A stretch of 64,000 nucleotides of DNA. Origin: an uncultured Pelagibacteraceae bacterium. GTDB taxonomy: Bacteria > Pseudomonadota > Alphaproteobacteria > Pelagibacterales > Pelagibacteraceae. The stretch spans positions 6,108 to 70,107 of the forward strand of contig CACDTB010000002.1 in assembly GCA_902555535.1 (NCBI GenBank), written 5' to 3'. A program made the translations under genes and the position numbers. Shown here piece after piece: positions 1 through 11,013 of this stretch; position 1 is the stretch's first letter; each line of letters starts with the position of its first letter. The notes under the pieces were generated by a model that made no database searches, was not told the DNA's origin, and saw only the letters and a program-made list of their open reading frames with translations.

Positions 1-453
1 TTTACCATTTTGAAATTCAATATAATATTTTTTTCCATCTCTATATATTTCTAACTGTAATTTTTCAGATAAGGCGTTAACAACAGAAACACCTACACCA
101 TGCAGTCCACCAGAAACTTTATAAGAATCATGATCAAACTTACCTCCTGCATGAAGTTGTGTCATAATTACTTCTGCTGCTGATTTTTTTTCTCCTTTAT
201 GGATATCTACAGGTATACCTCTACCATCATCATTTACTGTAATTGTTTGATCAGAATTGATTTTTACATTAATATTTTTACAATATCCCGCTAATGCTTC
301 GTCAATTGAATTATCAACAACCTCATAAACCATATGATGCAAACCAGTACCATCATCTGTGTCTCCAATATACATGCCAGGTCTTTTTCTTACTGCTTCA
401 AGACCTTTTAAAACTTTAATGGAATCTGCTTGATATGTATTTTTATTTGTCAT
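1..453 (-). CDS. gyrB: DNA gyrase subunit B, 5' part (runs off the window start)
   Basis: Manual minus-strand translation from ATG at 453: [53 protein letters not shown]..., the GyrB N-terminal ATPase signature. Not in the ORF track because it is truncated. Confidence 0.96.
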   Translation of the reverse strand, partial: MTNKNTYQADSIKVLKGLEAVRKRPGMYIGDTDDGTGLHHMVYEVVDNSIDEALAGYCKNINVKINSDQTITVNDDGRGIPVDIHKGEKKSAAEVIMTQLHAGGKFDHDSYKVSGGLHGVGVSVVNALSEKLQLEIYRDGKKYYIEFQNGK

Positions 454-568
454 TTTTTTAAATTTTGGAAAAAGAAAATTATAACATTTTTTAAAAAAAT
501 TGCTGATTTATCTTCACTTAGGAACTGTAAAATACTTAAATTACCTTTGAAAAATAGGGCTTATTTGG

Positions 569-658
569 TGGCGGAGAGAATGGGATTCGAACCCATGAAA
601 GAATTGCTCCTTTACACGCTTTCCAAGCGTGCGCCTTCAACCACTCGGCCACCTCTCC
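569..658 (-). tRNA. tRNA-Ser (GGA)
   Basis: 90-nt cloverleaf GGAGAGGTGGCCGAGTGG...CACGC-TT-GGA-AA-GCGTG, long variable arm, GGTTCGAATCC, ends CTCTCCG-CCA. Confidence 0.97.
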
Positions 659-660
659 AA

Positions 661-2469
661 CTATTTTTCTTTTGAAATCTTAAGTACACCAATAAATGCC
701 TCTTGTGGAATTTCAACTCTTCCAAATTGTTTTGATCTAGCTTTACCTTTTTTCTGTTTTTCTAAAAGTTTTCTTTTTCTATCTGTTGCTCCTCCGCCGT
801 GAATTTTAGTTAATACATCCTTTTTAAATCCCTTAATTGTCTCTCTTGCAATAATTTTGCCTCCTATCGCTGCTTGGACCGGAATCATAAAATTATGTCG
901 TGGGATTAAATCTTTCAATTTTTCACAGACTTCTCTTCCTGTTTTTTGAGCAAAATCTTTATGAATCATCATGGCTAAAGCATCAACAGGTTCACCATTT
1001 ACTAATATAGCAAGCTTAACTAGGTCTCCTTCTCTATGCTCAATTATCTCATAATCAAAACTTGCATATCCACTAGTCATTGACTTCAATCTATCATTAA
1101 AATCAAAAACAACCTCATTCAATGGAAGTTCATAATTTACTACCGCTCTATTTCCAGAATAACTTAGATTAGTTTGTATCCCTCTTTTATCCTGACACAT
1201 TTTAATTATTGAACCTAAATATTGGTCGGGAGTAATGATGGTTGCCTTAATCCATGGTTCTTCAATATACTTTATTAATGTAGGATCTGGTAAACTTGAT
1301 GGATTTTGTAAATCAATTGTACTGCCGCTGTTGAGAAAAACTTTGTAAACTACTCCTGGGGTAGTTGTTAATAAATTAACATCAAATTCTCTTTCTAATC
1401 TTTCTGTTACAATTTCTAGATGAAGCAAACCTAAAAAACCACATCTAAATCCTAAACCTAAAGCTGACGAAGATTCTGGCTCAAAAGAAAAGCTTGCATC
1501 ATTTAATTGTAACTTTGCTAAACCATCTTTTAATTTTTGAAATTCAGAACTATCTACTGGAAACAATCCGCAAAATACTACTGGTTTACTTGGTTTAAAA
1601 CCTGGTAAAGCTTCTTTTAAAGGTTTTGATGCATCACAAATCGTGTCACCAACTTTTGTTTCTGATAAAACTTTTATACCTGTTGTAATAAATCCAATTT
1701 CACCTGTTTTTAATTCATTTATGTCAACTGGTTTAGGAGTAAAAACACCAACTTTTTCAACAATATACTCTTGATTTGTAGACATCATTTTAATCCTCAT
1801 ATTTTTTGTAAGCTTTCCATCAATAACTCTAACTAAAATGACAACACCTAAATAAGTATCGTACCAACTATCTACCAAGAGACATTTTAAATCCGATGAA
1901 CTTTCTCCCTTCGGTGCTGGCAAAGTAGTAATAATTTGTTCTAAAATATCTTGTATTCCTTCACCTGTTTTTCCAGAACAAGGAATGGCGTTTTCAGTAT
2001 CAATACCTATTACTTCTTCAATTTGTTTTTTTGTTTTATCTAAATCTGAAGCAGGCAAGTCAACTTTGTTTAAAACTGGAACTATTTCATGGTTTATATC
2101 CATTGCCTGGTAAACATTTGCAAGTGTCTGAGCTTCAACTCCTTGTGTGCTATCTACAATCAAGATTGAACCTTCACAAGCATATAACGACCTACTGACC
2201 TCGTAACTGAAATCTACGTGGCCTGGGGTATCTATAATATTCAAAATATACTTTTTTCCATCTTTGGCTTTATAATTCAATTTTACTGTTTGAGCTTTAA
2301 TTGTGATCCCTCTTTCACGCTCAATATCCATTGAGTCTAAAACTTGAGCTTTCATCTCTCTTTCAGTCAGTCCACCACAACTATGAATTATTCTATCTGC
2401 AATTGTAGACTTTCCGTGATCTATATGTGCAATAATCGCAAAATTTCTTATGTTATCAATTAAACTCAT
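661..2469 (-). CDS. lepA: Translation elongation factor 4 (LepA)
   Basis: [43 protein letters not shown] and the LepA C-terminus. Confidence 0.98.
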   Translation of the reverse strand: MSLIDNIRNFAIIAHIDHGKSTIADRIIHSCGGLTEREMKAQVLDSMDIERERGITIKAQTVKLNYKAKDGKKYILNIIDTPGHVDFSYEVSRSLYACEGSILIVDSTQGVEAQTLANVYQAMDINHEIVPVLNKVDLPASDLDKTKKQIEEVIGIDTENAIPCSGKTGEGIQDILEQIITTLPAPKGESSSDLKCLLVDSWYDTYLGVVILVRVIDGKLTKNMRIKMMSTNQEYIVEKVGVFTPKPVDINELKTGEIGFITTGIKVLSETKVGDTICDASKPLKEALPGFKPSKPVVFCGLFPVDSSEFQKLKDGLAKLQLNDASFSFEPESSSALGLGFRCGFLGLLHLEIVTERLEREFDVNLLTTTPGVVYKVFLNSGSTIDLQNPSSLPDPTLIKYIEEPWIKATIITPDQYLGSIIKMCQDKRGIQTNLSYSGNRAVVNYELPLNEVVFDFNDRLKSMTSGYASFDYEIIEHREGDLVKLAILVNGEPVDALAMMIHKDFAQKTGREVCEKLKDLIPRHNFMIPVQAAIGGKIIARETIKGFKKDVLTKIHGGGATDRKRKLLEKQKKGKARSKQFGRVEIPQEAFIGVLKISKEK

Positions 2470-2474
2470 TGGCT

Positions 2475-4883
2475 TTAGGAACGAATTTTTGCGCCAGTTT
2501 TATTTTCGACTGTTTTAATAATTAATTTATTAATTTTATCTAAATCAGAAACATCTAAAGTCTTTTCTTGCGATTGGATAGTAACACTTATTGCAATTGA
2601 TTTTTTATTTTTTGGAATATTCTCGCCCTCATAAACATCAAAAACTTTAATATTTGATATTAGATTTTTATCTACATTAGCAATTACACTTACTAAGTCT
2701 TGAACATTGATTTTTTTATCAACTATAAAAGCAAAATCTCTCTCAGATTTTTGATAATCTGAAACAGAATATTTGGTCTTTTGATCTTTTAAAGATTTTT
2801 TTGGTAATTTTAAGTTATCAAGAAATATTTCAAAGCCAACTAAAGACTCTGTTTTTAAATCAATTTGTTTAATAATATTTGGATGAATTTCTCCAAAATA
2901 AGCAGCTATACTATCTTTCCCTCTATTTAAAAATAATCTTCCTGACTTACCTGGATGATAATAAGTTGGTGTTTCATCATCAATAAAAAATTTTTCAGAG
3001 TCATAACCTGCTTCCACTAATGTTTGGACAACATCTCTTTTAATATCAAATACATCTACATTTCTATCTTTTTCTAACCAAGAAAGACGTGATTTTTTCC
3101 CAGCTACCAATCCAGACACTACTGTATTTTGCTCACCAGGTTGCGTTCCATAAAATATTGGCCCTATCTCAAAAATAGACAAATCTTTAATACCTCTATC
3201 TATATTTTTTCTCATATATATAATTAAATTAGAAAATATAGAATTTCTCAAAACACTTAACTCAGAACTTATAGGATTAATAATTTTTAATTCTTTATAT
3301 TGACCCTTAAAATAATCATTATATTTTGCATCAGTAAAAGACCATGTAATAGCCTCTAAATATCCTTTTGAAGCAATAGATCTCTGAAGAAAATGAAATA
3401 ATTTTTGTGTTTGAGTTAATGTAGATTTTTTTCTTTCTTTAATTGGTTCTTCAATTTTTATCTTATCGTATCCAGATAGCCTTACTAATTCCTCTACTAC
3501 ATCTATTTCTTGGGAAATATCTGGTCTCCAAGAAGGTATGGTTAATTTGAGAGCTTTTTTATCTTTTTTACACTGGAATCCAAGTTTACCTAAAATGTAC
3601 AACATGTCTTTTGTCGGAATTTTAAAACCGGTTACTTTCTCAAATGAATTTGGATCGAATTTAATTATCTTATTTTTAAATTTATTAATTTTTTGAATAT
3701 CTATTTTGCTAATTTCACCACCACAAATTTTTTTAATTAGAAAAGCAGCTTTTTTTAATCCTTCTTCAATAGATAATTGATCAATACCTCTCTCAAATCT
3801 AAATTTTGCATCTGAATCAATATTTAATCTTTTGGCTGTGCTTCTTATCGATCTTGGATCAAAATAGGCTGACTCGATTAAAACATTTTTTGTATCAATC
3901 TCAGTACCAGACCTTGTTCCTCCTATAATACCACCAAGTCCTAAAACACCTTTATCGTCACTAATTACACACATGCCGTCTTCTAGTTTATAGTTTTTAT
4001 TATCAAGTGCGGTAAACTCTTCTCCAGATTTTGAATTTCTAACAATTATTCTTTTTTCAATTTTATCTGCATCGTAAGCATGTAATGGACGATTAATATC
4101 TATCATTACATAATTTGTAATATCTACAATTGCTGAAATAGGTTTTTGACCTATTGAAATTAATTTGTCTTTTAACCATTTTGGACTTTCTACATTTTTT
4201 ACATTTGTGATGAGACAACTTCCAAAAGAAAAGCATCCCTGATTTTTTTCATTTGAAATCTTTACTTTAATTGTTTGAGGTTTTTTTGAATTTATTACTT
4301 TATTTTTTTCCTGTTTTAATTTACCAAAGCCTGAAGCTGCTAAATCTCTTGCTATTCCTCTAACACCAAGACAGTCTGGTCTATTTGGTGTGATGGATAG
4401 ATCAATTAAATTAGAGCTAGCTTGATTAAAAAAATTTTTTCCTATACTTTTATTATATTTTGAAAGCGCAAGTTCTGTTATTCCTTCGCTTTCCTCAGAT
4501 AAATTTAGTTCTGACTCAGAACAAAGCATTCCATAAGATGTTACATCCCTTATTTTAGCAACAACTAATTTAGTTTTATTTTTTGGTATGATTGCACCTG
4601 GAGGAGCGTAAACGGTAATTAAACCATTTCTTGCGTTTGGTGCGCCGCATACTACTTTTTTAATCTCCTTTTCACCTATGTCTACGTCACAAACTTTTAA
4701 TCGATCAGCATTAGGGTGTTTTTCAGTTTTTACTATTTTTGCAATTTTAAATAAATCTAAACCCTCAGATAAATTCTCTATACTTTCAACTTCAAGACCA
4801 ATGTCTGTTAATTTTTCTATTAAACTTTCTTCTTTTGCGTTCACCGTTAAGTGATCTTTTAACCAATCAAATGTTATTTTCAT
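2475..4883 (-). CDS. pheT: Phenylalanyl-tRNA synthetase beta subunit
   Basis: [32 protein letters not shown] and C-terminal FDX-ACB domain; follows pheS. Confidence 0.98.
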   Translation of the reverse strand: MKITFDWLKDHLTVNAKEESLIEKLTDIGLEVESIENLSEGLDLFKIAKIVKTEKHPNADRLKVCDVDIGEKEIKKVVCGAPNARNGLITVYAPPGAIIPKNKTKLVVAKIRDVTSYGMLCSESELNLSEESEGITELALSKYNKSIGKNFFNQASSNLIDLSITPNRPDCLGVRGIARDLAASGFGKLKQEKNKVINSKKPQTIKVKISNEKNQGCFSFGSCLITNVKNVESPKWLKDKLISIGQKPISAIVDITNYVMIDINRPLHAYDADKIEKRIIVRNSKSGEEFTALDNKNYKLEDGMCVISDDKGVLGLGGIIGGTRSGTEIDTKNVLIESAYFDPRSIRSTAKRLNIDSDAKFRFERGIDQLSIEEGLKKAAFLIKKICGGEISKIDIQKINKFKNKIIKFDPNSFEKVTGFKIPTKDMLYILGKLGFQCKKDKKALKLTIPSWRPDISQEIDVVEELVRLSGYDKIKIEEPIKERKKSTLTQTQKLFHFLQRSIASKGYLEAITWSFTDAKYNDYFKGQYKELKIINPISSELSVLRNSIFSNLIIYMRKNIDRGIKDLSIFEIGPIFYGTQPGEQNTVVSGLVAGKKSRLSWLEKDRNVDVFDIKRDVVQTLVEAGYDSEKFFIDDETPTYYHPGKSGRLFLNRGKDSIAAYFGEIHPNIIKQIDLKTESLVGFEIFLDNLKLPKKSLKDQKTKYSVSDYQKSERDFAFIVDKKINVQDLVSVIANVDKNLISNIKVFDVYEGENIPKNKKSIAISVTIQSQEKTLDVSDLDKINKLIIKTVENKTGAKIRS

Positions 4884-5947
4884 CGACTCAGGCCTCTATA
4901 ATTTGTTGGAACATCAAGTGGGTCAAATCCAAAATGATTTAACCATCTATAATCACAATCAAAAAAAGATCTTAAATCGTTAATTCCATATTTTAACATT
5001 GCCAATCGGTCTATCCCAATCCCAAATGCATATCCTTGATACTTAGCAGGGTCTACTTTTACATTTTTTAAAACATTAGGATGTACCATTCCACATCCTA
5101 ATATTTCAAGCCATTGATCTCCCTCTCCTATAATAATTTTTCCATCTTTTATTTTATAACCAATATCTACTTCTGCTGATGGTTCTGTAAAAGGAAAATG
5201 GCTTGGTCTAAATCTCATTTTGATTTTTTCAACTTCAAAAAACTCTTTGATAAAATAGTTTAAGCATCCTTTTAAATGACCCATATTAATATTTTTATCT
5301 ATATGAAGACCTTCTACCTGATGAAACATAGGTGCATGTGTTTGGTCACTGTCAGATCTATAAGTTCTACCTGGCGCAATAATTTTAAAAGGAGGTTTAT
5401 CTTTCATCATAGTTCTAATTTGAACTGGTGATGTGTGTGTTCTTAGTAGAACTTCCTTATTTTCATCTAAATAAAAAGTATCATGCATATCTCTTGCAGG
5501 ATGATTATCGGGTGTATTTAAAGCTGTGAAGTTATTATATTCATTTTCAACATCAGGACCTTCCTCAACGCTAAATCCTATTTCAGAAAAAATAGATGAA
5601 ATTTCATCTATAGTTTGTGAGACTGGATGAACTTTGCCTCTAGCAAATGGTCTTTCAGGTAAAGTTATATCAATTTTTTCTTTCTCTAATTTTTCATTTA
5701 TTTTTTTTCCATCAATCTCATTTATTTTATTTATTATCAAGCTCTGAAGTTCGTCTTTCACTTGGTTTAAATCAGATGCAAATTTTTTTCTTTCTTTTTC
5801 TGGTATTAATCCAATAGTTTTGAATTGAGATGATATTTGACCATTTTTGCCAAACAAATCTGTTTTGATTGTATTGATTTCCTCTAAGCTTAAATCATTT
5901 TTAAGCTTTGATACAAATTGATCTCTAATATTTTTTATGTCTGACAT
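4880..5947 (-). CDS. pheS: Phenylalanyl-tRNA synthetase alpha subunit
   Basis: [38 protein letters not shown]. Confidence 0.98.
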   Translation of the reverse strand: MSDIKNIRDQFVSKLKNDLSLEEINTIKTDLFGKNGQISSQFKTIGLIPEKERKKFASDLNQVKDELQSLIINKINEIDGKKINEKLEKEKIDITLPERPFARGKVHPVSQTIDEISSIFSEIGFSVEEGPDVENEYNNFTALNTPDNHPARDMHDTFYLDENKEVLLRTHTSPVQIRTMMKDKPPFKIIAPGRTYRSDSDQTHAPMFHQVEGLHIDKNINMGHLKGCLNYFIKEFFEVEKIKMRFRPSHFPFTEPSAEVDIGYKIKDGKIIIGEGDQWLEILGCGMVHPNVLKNVKVDPAKYQGYAFGIGIDRLAMLKYGINDLRSFFDCDYRWLNHFGFDPLDVPTNYRGLSR

Positions 5948-5990
5948 ATTAGTAGATTATTTCCTTAAGAAATAAAAACAATAGCGAAGA

Positions 5991-6347
5991 TTAATTTAAA
6001 GCGGATTGAGCTTTTTGTACAATTTTTTTGAAAGCTTCTGGGCTATCATAAGCTATTTCAGCAAGAATTTTTCTATCTATTGCAATACCACATTTGCTTA
6101 AACCATTGATAAATTTTGAATAAGTTAAGCCCTCTGCTCTTACTCCAGCATTAATCCTTTGTATCCACAGTGATTTAAAATCTCTTTTTTTGTTTCTTCT
6201 ATCTCGATAAGCATATTGCATGGATTTTTCCATCGCCTGCTTAGCAACTCTGATCGTATTTTTTCTTCTGCCCCATTGGCCTTTTACGGCTTTTAAAACT
6301 TTTTTATGTTTAGCTTTACTGGTAACACCTCTTTTAACTCTTGCCAT
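5991..6347 (-). CDS. rplT: 50S ribosomal protein bL20
   Basis: MARVKRGV...[23 protein letters not shown]. Confidence 0.98.
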   Translation of the reverse strand: MARVKRGVTSKAKHKKVLKAVKGQWGRRKNTIRVAKQAMEKSMQYAYRDRRNKKRDFKSLWIQRINAGVRAEGLTYSKFINGLSKCGIAIDRKILAEIAYDSPEAFKKIVQKAQSALN

Positions 6348-6349
6348 TA

Positions 6350-6556
6350 TTAACCTCTTAAACTGTAAGGCATATATGATTTAACAATTTTTCCATCTTG
6401 TTTGGACAATGTCGTTGTGCCTCTTAGTTTTCTTACTTGTGAATTCGTTCTTTTAATCATGCCATGTCTTTTACCAGCCTGAGCAGAAATAACTTTACCC
6501 TTAGCAGATATTTTAAATCTTTTTTTTGCTGAGCTTTTTGTTTTTAGTTTTGGCAT
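6350..6556 (-). CDS. rpmI: 50S ribosomal protein bL35
   Basis: [15 protein letters not shown]; infC-rpmI-rplT order. Confidence 0.97.
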   Translation of the reverse strand: MPKLKTKSSAKKRFKISAKGKVISAQAGKRHGMIKRTNSQVRKLRGTTTLSKQDGKIVKSYMPYSLRG

Positions 6557-6567
6557 AATTCTGCGGA

Positions 6568-6596
6568 CTTATACAAAGAAAGATATAATTTTACAA
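6568..6596 (-). promoter_or_regulatory. Putative sigma70 promoter of rpmI-rplT (TTGTAA-N17-TATAAG)
   Basis: Read directly from the sequence; the -10 element ends 11 nt before the rpmI ATG. Confidence 0.6.
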
Positions 6597-6609
6597 CCTC
6601 TATTAAGGC

Positions 6610-7155
6610 TTATAAAGGCTGAATTACCATGATCATTTGCTTTCCATCAAACTTAGGATGCAATTCTACCTTGCCAATATCTTTCATATCTTCTTTAATC
6701 TTCCCCATTAATTCATTTCCTAGATGAGAATGTTGAAGTTCTCTACCTTTAAATCTTATAGTAAATTTTACCTTGTCTCCTTTAGCTATAAATTTTTTAG
6801 CATTTTTAACTTTAAATTCATAATCATGAGTTTCTGTAACAGGTCTCATTTTAATTTCTTTTAAAGAAACAATTTTTTGTTTCTTTTTTGCAAGATTTGC
6901 TTTTTTTTGAGCATCATATTTAAACTTACCCATATCCATAATCTTACAAACGGGTGGGTTTGCATTAGCGGCTATTTCAATTAAATCTAAACCTTGGTTT
7001 TTTGCCAAAGAAATTGCTTCATTAGTATTCATTATACCAAGATTATCACCCTCACTCCCTATAACTTGAACATCTGGAGAAGAGATTCTATTGTTAGATC
7101 TTGGTCCCTTATCTTTAGTTCTTCTTTGAAAGTAATTTTGTTTAAAATCTACCAC
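6610..7155 (-). CDS. infC: Translation initiation factor IF-3
   Basis: LDLIEIA...PPVCKIMDMGKFKY, LKEIKMRP, GDKVKFTIRFKGRE; GTG start abuts the thrS stop, start uncertain. Confidence 0.96.
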   Translation of the reverse strand: MVDFKQNYFQRRTKDKGPRSNNRISSPDVQVIGSEGDNLGIMNTNEAISLAKNQGLDLIEIAANANPPVCKIMDMGKFKYDAQKKANLAKKKQKIVSLKEIKMRPVTETHDYEFKVKNAKKFIAKGDKVKFTIRFKGRELQHSHLGNELMGKIKEDMKDIGKVELHPKFDGKQMIMVIQPL

Positions 7156-9072
7156 TTAGTTTGATGATGCTTTGTTTAAAGCAGAGAATGTTTTTAAGAA
7201 TTGATCTATACCCATATTTTCTTGTTTATTAGAGTCTAATCTTCTAATCGTTACTGAATTGGAGTCAACTTCTTTTTTACCACAAATTAATAAAAGCGGT
7301 ATTTTTGCTAAAGAATGATCTCTAATTTTATAATTTAAATTATGATTTTTTAAATCTACTGCAGAACTTATACCTGAATTTTTAATTTTATTTGATACCT
7401 CGACTGCATAGTCATTAAATTCCTCTGAAATAGGTATTACCATAGTCTGTAAAGGAGATATCCAAAATGGAAACTTGCCTGCATAGTTTTCAATTAAAAT
7501 TCCAATAAATCTCTCTAGAGAACCAAATAATGCTCTATGCAACATAACAGGAACTTTTTTAGTTCCATCTTTGTCAACATAAGAAGCGTCTAATCTTCCA
7601 GGTAAATTTAAATCTACTTGCAAAGTTCCACATTGCCAATCTCTGCCAATAGCATCTCGTAAAACAAATTCAATTTTAGGACCATAAAATGCTCCCTCAC
7701 CTTTATTAATAGTATATTCTAATTTAGAAGCTTTAACAGCTTCAAGTAAAGAGGCTTCTGCTTTATCCCATACCAAATCATCACCAACTCTTACTTCTGG
7801 CCTATCTGCATATTTTAGAATTACATTTTCAAAACCCAGGTCCTTGTAAATATCTAGTATTAAATTTGTAACAATTAAACATTCACTAGTAATTTGATCT
7901 TCAGTACAAAAAATATGGGCGTCATCTTGAGTAAAAGCTCTTACTCTTAATAACCCATGTAAAGCGCCTGATGGCTCATAACGATGAACTTTCCCAAATT
8001 CAGCAAAACGTAAAGGAAGATCTCTGTAACTTTTTAGTCCTTGATTAAATACCTGGATATGACCAGGGCAATTCATCGGTTTAATCGCAAAAACTTTCTC
8101 ATCTGGTGTTTCAGAAGTGTACATGTTTTCTCCATATTTTTCCCAATGCCCAGATTTTTCCCATAGTTGTCTATCTAGTACCTCTGGAGTATTTACTTCT
8201 TTATAACCAGCAGCATCTTGTCTACTTCTCATATAGTTAATTAGCTTTTGAAACAAACTCCATCCTCTTTCATGCCAAAATACAGAGCCAGGGCTTTCCT
8301 CTCTAAAATGAAATAAATCCATTTCTCTACCTAATTTTCTGTGATCTCTTTTTTCGGCTTCTTCTATTCTTTTTAAATATTCATCTAGATCTTTTTGAGT
8401 TGCCCAACTTGTACCATATATTCGTTGCAACATTTCATTATTAGAGTCTCCTCTCCAATATGCTCCTGATACTTTTGTAAGTTTAAAATATTTTCCTATT
8501 TTGCCTGTAGAGGATAGATGTGGACCTCTACACAAATCATGCCACTCACCATGAAAGTAAATTGATACATCTTCGTTTTCAGGTATCGCTTCAATAAGCT
8601 CAGCTTTATAAATTTCTCCTTTTTTTTTAAAATGGCTAATTGCTTTATTTCTATCCCAGACTTCTCTTTTTGTTATTTCATTCCTGTCAACAATCTCTTT
8701 CATTTTATTTTCAATTTTTACTAGATCATCCTCTGTAAATGGTTCTTTTCTTGCAAAGTCGTAATAAAATCCATTTTCAATCACTGGTCCAATAGTAACT
8801 TGTGTACCAGGAAATAATTCTTGAACAGCCATAGCTAAAATATGAGCTGTGTCATGTCTTATAGTTTCTAAGCCCTCAGGATTTTTTGAGGTAAAAATTT
8901 TTACAGAACAATCATTTACAATTAAAAAATCAAGATCTTTAAGCTCACCATCAACGCTTATGACCATGGCTTGTTTGGCTAATGATTTGCTAATTTTTTC
9001 AGCTACTTCAAGTCCAGTAACTTTATTAGGAAAATTAATATTGTTTCCGTCAGGTAATGTTATTATTGGCAT
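7156..9072 (-). CDS. thrS: Threonyl-tRNA synthetase
   Basis: TGS domain, DLCRGPH, RDHRKLG, KPMNCPGH, GAFYGPK. Confidence 0.98.
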   Translation of the reverse strand: MPIITLPDGNNINFPNKVTGLEVAEKISKSLAKQAMVISVDGELKDLDFLIVNDCSVKIFTSKNPEGLETIRHDTAHILAMAVQELFPGTQVTIGPVIENGFYYDFARKEPFTEDDLVKIENKMKEIVDRNEITKREVWDRNKAISHFKKKGEIYKAELIEAIPENEDVSIYFHGEWHDLCRGPHLSSTGKIGKYFKLTKVSGAYWRGDSNNEMLQRIYGTSWATQKDLDEYLKRIEEAEKRDHRKLGREMDLFHFREESPGSVFWHERGWSLFQKLINYMRSRQDAAGYKEVNTPEVLDRQLWEKSGHWEKYGENMYTSETPDEKVFAIKPMNCPGHIQVFNQGLKSYRDLPLRFAEFGKVHRYEPSGALHGLLRVRAFTQDDAHIFCTEDQITSECLIVTNLILDIYKDLGFENVILKYADRPEVRVGDDLVWDKAEASLLEAVKASKLEYTINKGEGAFYGPKIEFVLRDAIGRDWQCGTLQVDLNLPGRLDASYVDKDGTKKVPVMLHRALFGSLERFIGILIENYAGKFPFWISPLQTMVIPISEEFNDYAVEVSNKIKNSGISSAVDLKNHNLNYKIRDHSLAKIPLLLICGKKEVDSNSVTIRRLDSNKQENMGIDQFLKTFSALNKASSN

Positions 9073-10227
9073 TTAATTTAATAATCTTTTATACTCTGAA
9101 TAAGTAGAAAAGCACATTTTTTCAACATTAAATTTTTGAACTATGTTTTTTCTACCCTCATTACCAATTGATTTTAATAGAGTTTCATCCATGTTAAGAG
9201 TTTTTAAAATTTTATTACTTAATGATTTAGCATTTCCTGCTTCGTATAAAAAACCAGTTTTTTGATCAATTATAGTTTCGTTAGAACCTCCAATATTACT
9301 TGCTATAATTGGTTTTTCCATCGATTGCGCTTCAACAGCAACTCTACCAAAAGCCTCTGGTTCGGTTGAGGCTGAAACAATAATATCAGAAACTTTATAA
9401 GCTAATGCCATATCATTACAATGATCTACAAACCTTATTTGTTTAGACAGTCGATATTGCTCTGCAAGTCTTATTAATTTTTTCTTATATAAATCTCTAC
9501 CTTGATCACTACCTAGAATGACAGCATAAAATGCTTCATAACCCAATTCTATATTCACTAAGTTAACTGCCTCAATAAATACCTCTTGTCCTTTCCAAGA
9601 AGTTAATCTACCAGGTAAAAGTATAATTTTTTTATCTTTTTCAATGTCCCATTCTTTTAATAATTTTTTCTCATCAATTTCAATTTTGGTTGTTGGATCA
9701 AAGTAGTCGACATTTATTCCTCTAAAAATAACCATTAATTTTTTTTTCTCATTTAAATATTTTGAATAATTTTTTTTAATATGAGAAAAAATAAAATTAG
9801 ATCCTGCAATAATTAAATCTGCTCTAGTCATTACTGAGTTATAAATTTTTTTTATATTACCATTAAAATTGTATGTTCCATGAAATGTAGTTACAAATTT
9901 TCTTCCTGTGATTTTTGTTGCTAACAAACATGACCAAGCAGGTGCTCTACTTCTCGCATGAACTAGAGAAATATTATAAATTAAAATTATTCCAATTAAG
10001 ATAAAAGCATTAATTAAGATTAGTAAAGGATTTTTACTTTGCACTGGGAGTCTAAATATTTTAACTTTTTTTCTATCTACAAATTTAAGTAATTCACCAC
10101 CACTTGTTACAATAAATGATTTACAATTATTTTCTGGTAAATAATGTGCAATATCATAACAGCCTGTTTCAGCTCCCCCATAACCTAGTTTTGGTATTAC
10201 TTGTAAAACTTTAAAATCAGATGACAT
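9073..10227 (-). CDS. Glycosyltransferase family 4 (GT-B) protein
   Basis: GGAE, HARSRAPAW, TTFHG, PGRLTSWKGQ, PEAFGRVAVEAQ. Confidence 0.9.
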   Translation of the reverse strand: MSSDFKVLQVIPKLGYGGAETGCYDIAHYLPENNCKSFIVTSGGELLKFVDRKKVKIFRLPVQSKNPLLILINAFILIGIILIYNISLVHARSRAPAWSCLLATKITGRKFVTTFHGTYNFNGNIKKIYNSVMTRADLIIAGSNFIFSHIKKNYSKYLNEKKKLMVIFRGINVDYFDPTTKIEIDEKKLLKEWDIEKDKKIILLPGRLTSWKGQEVFIEAVNLVNIELGYEAFYAVILGSDQGRDLYKKKLIRLAEQYRLSKQIRFVDHCNDMALAYKVSDIIVSASTEPEAFGRVAVEAQSMEKPIIASNIGGSNETIIDQKTGFLYEAGNAKSLSNKILKTLNMDETLLKSIGNEGRKNIVQKFNVEKMCFSTYSEYKRLLN

Positions 10228-10269
10228 TTGATATGATTATATATTAATAGACAAAACTTATAAACGATT

Positions 10270-11013
10270 ATGGCAAATTTCAGATATCATCAAATATCAA
10301 ATACAAAGAAAATTAGACATATTTCTAAAATTTTTAAAAATAGTTCTTTTATAGTTTTTTTGCATGGCTTTATGTCAGATCTTGAGGGAAAAAAACCAAA
10401 TACATTTTTGGAATTTGCTAAAAAAAATAAAGTAAGTTTTTTAGCGCTAGAATACTCTGGTCATGGGAAATCTTCTGGAAAATTTGTAAATGGAAATATT
10501 TCAAAATGGAGTAAAGAGACGTCAATTTTAATTAGAAAATACATTAAAAAAAAAGAATTTGTGCTAATTGGTTCAAGTATGGGCGCATGGATTTCGCTCA
10601 ATCAATTCAAAATTTTCAAAAAACAGATTAAAGGATTTTTAGGAATAGGGGCTGCTCCTGAATTTTTAGAAAATTTAATGTGGAAAAAATTTACTAAAAA
10701 AATGAAAGAAGAGACAATTCGTAAGGGTATTTATCAATTAAAACATGGAAATTATGAATATCCAATTACTCTACAATTAATAAAAGATGGAAGAAAAAAC
10801 AAAGTCTTAAATAAGATAATAAATTCAAATATTAAAGTAACAATGGTACATGGTGAAAAAGATGAGGTTGTTCCCGTCTCATATTCAAGAAAAGTTTTAA
10901 GATTATTTCCAAAAGCTAAGAAAAAATTAAATATTATAAAAAAAGGTGATCACAGTTTATCAAATAAAAAATGGTTAAATATAATTTTAAAAGAGCTTAA
11001 ATTATTAATTTAG
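10270..11013 (+). CDS. Alpha/beta hydrolase (ABHD10-like esterase)
   Basis: HGFMSD, YSGHGKS, nucleophile GSSMG, HGEKDEVVP, GDHSLS. Confidence 0.88.
   Translation: MANFRYHQISNTKKIRHISKIFKNSSFIVFLHGFMSDLEGKKPNTFLEFAKKNKVSFLALEYSGHGKSSGKFVNGNISKWSKETSILIRKYIKKKEFVLIGSSMGAWISLNQFKIFKKQIKGFLGIGAAPEFLENLMWKKFTKKMKEETIRKGIYQLKHGNYEYPITLQLIKDGRKNKVLNKIINSNIKVTMVHGEKDEVVPVSYSRKVLRLFPKAKKKLNIIKKGDHSLSNKKWLNIILKELKLLI

Noticed and set aside
430-675. 81-aa plus-strand ORF
   Set aside because: Antisense to tRNA-Ser and overlaps the gyrB and lepA ends; a tRNA shadow ORF.
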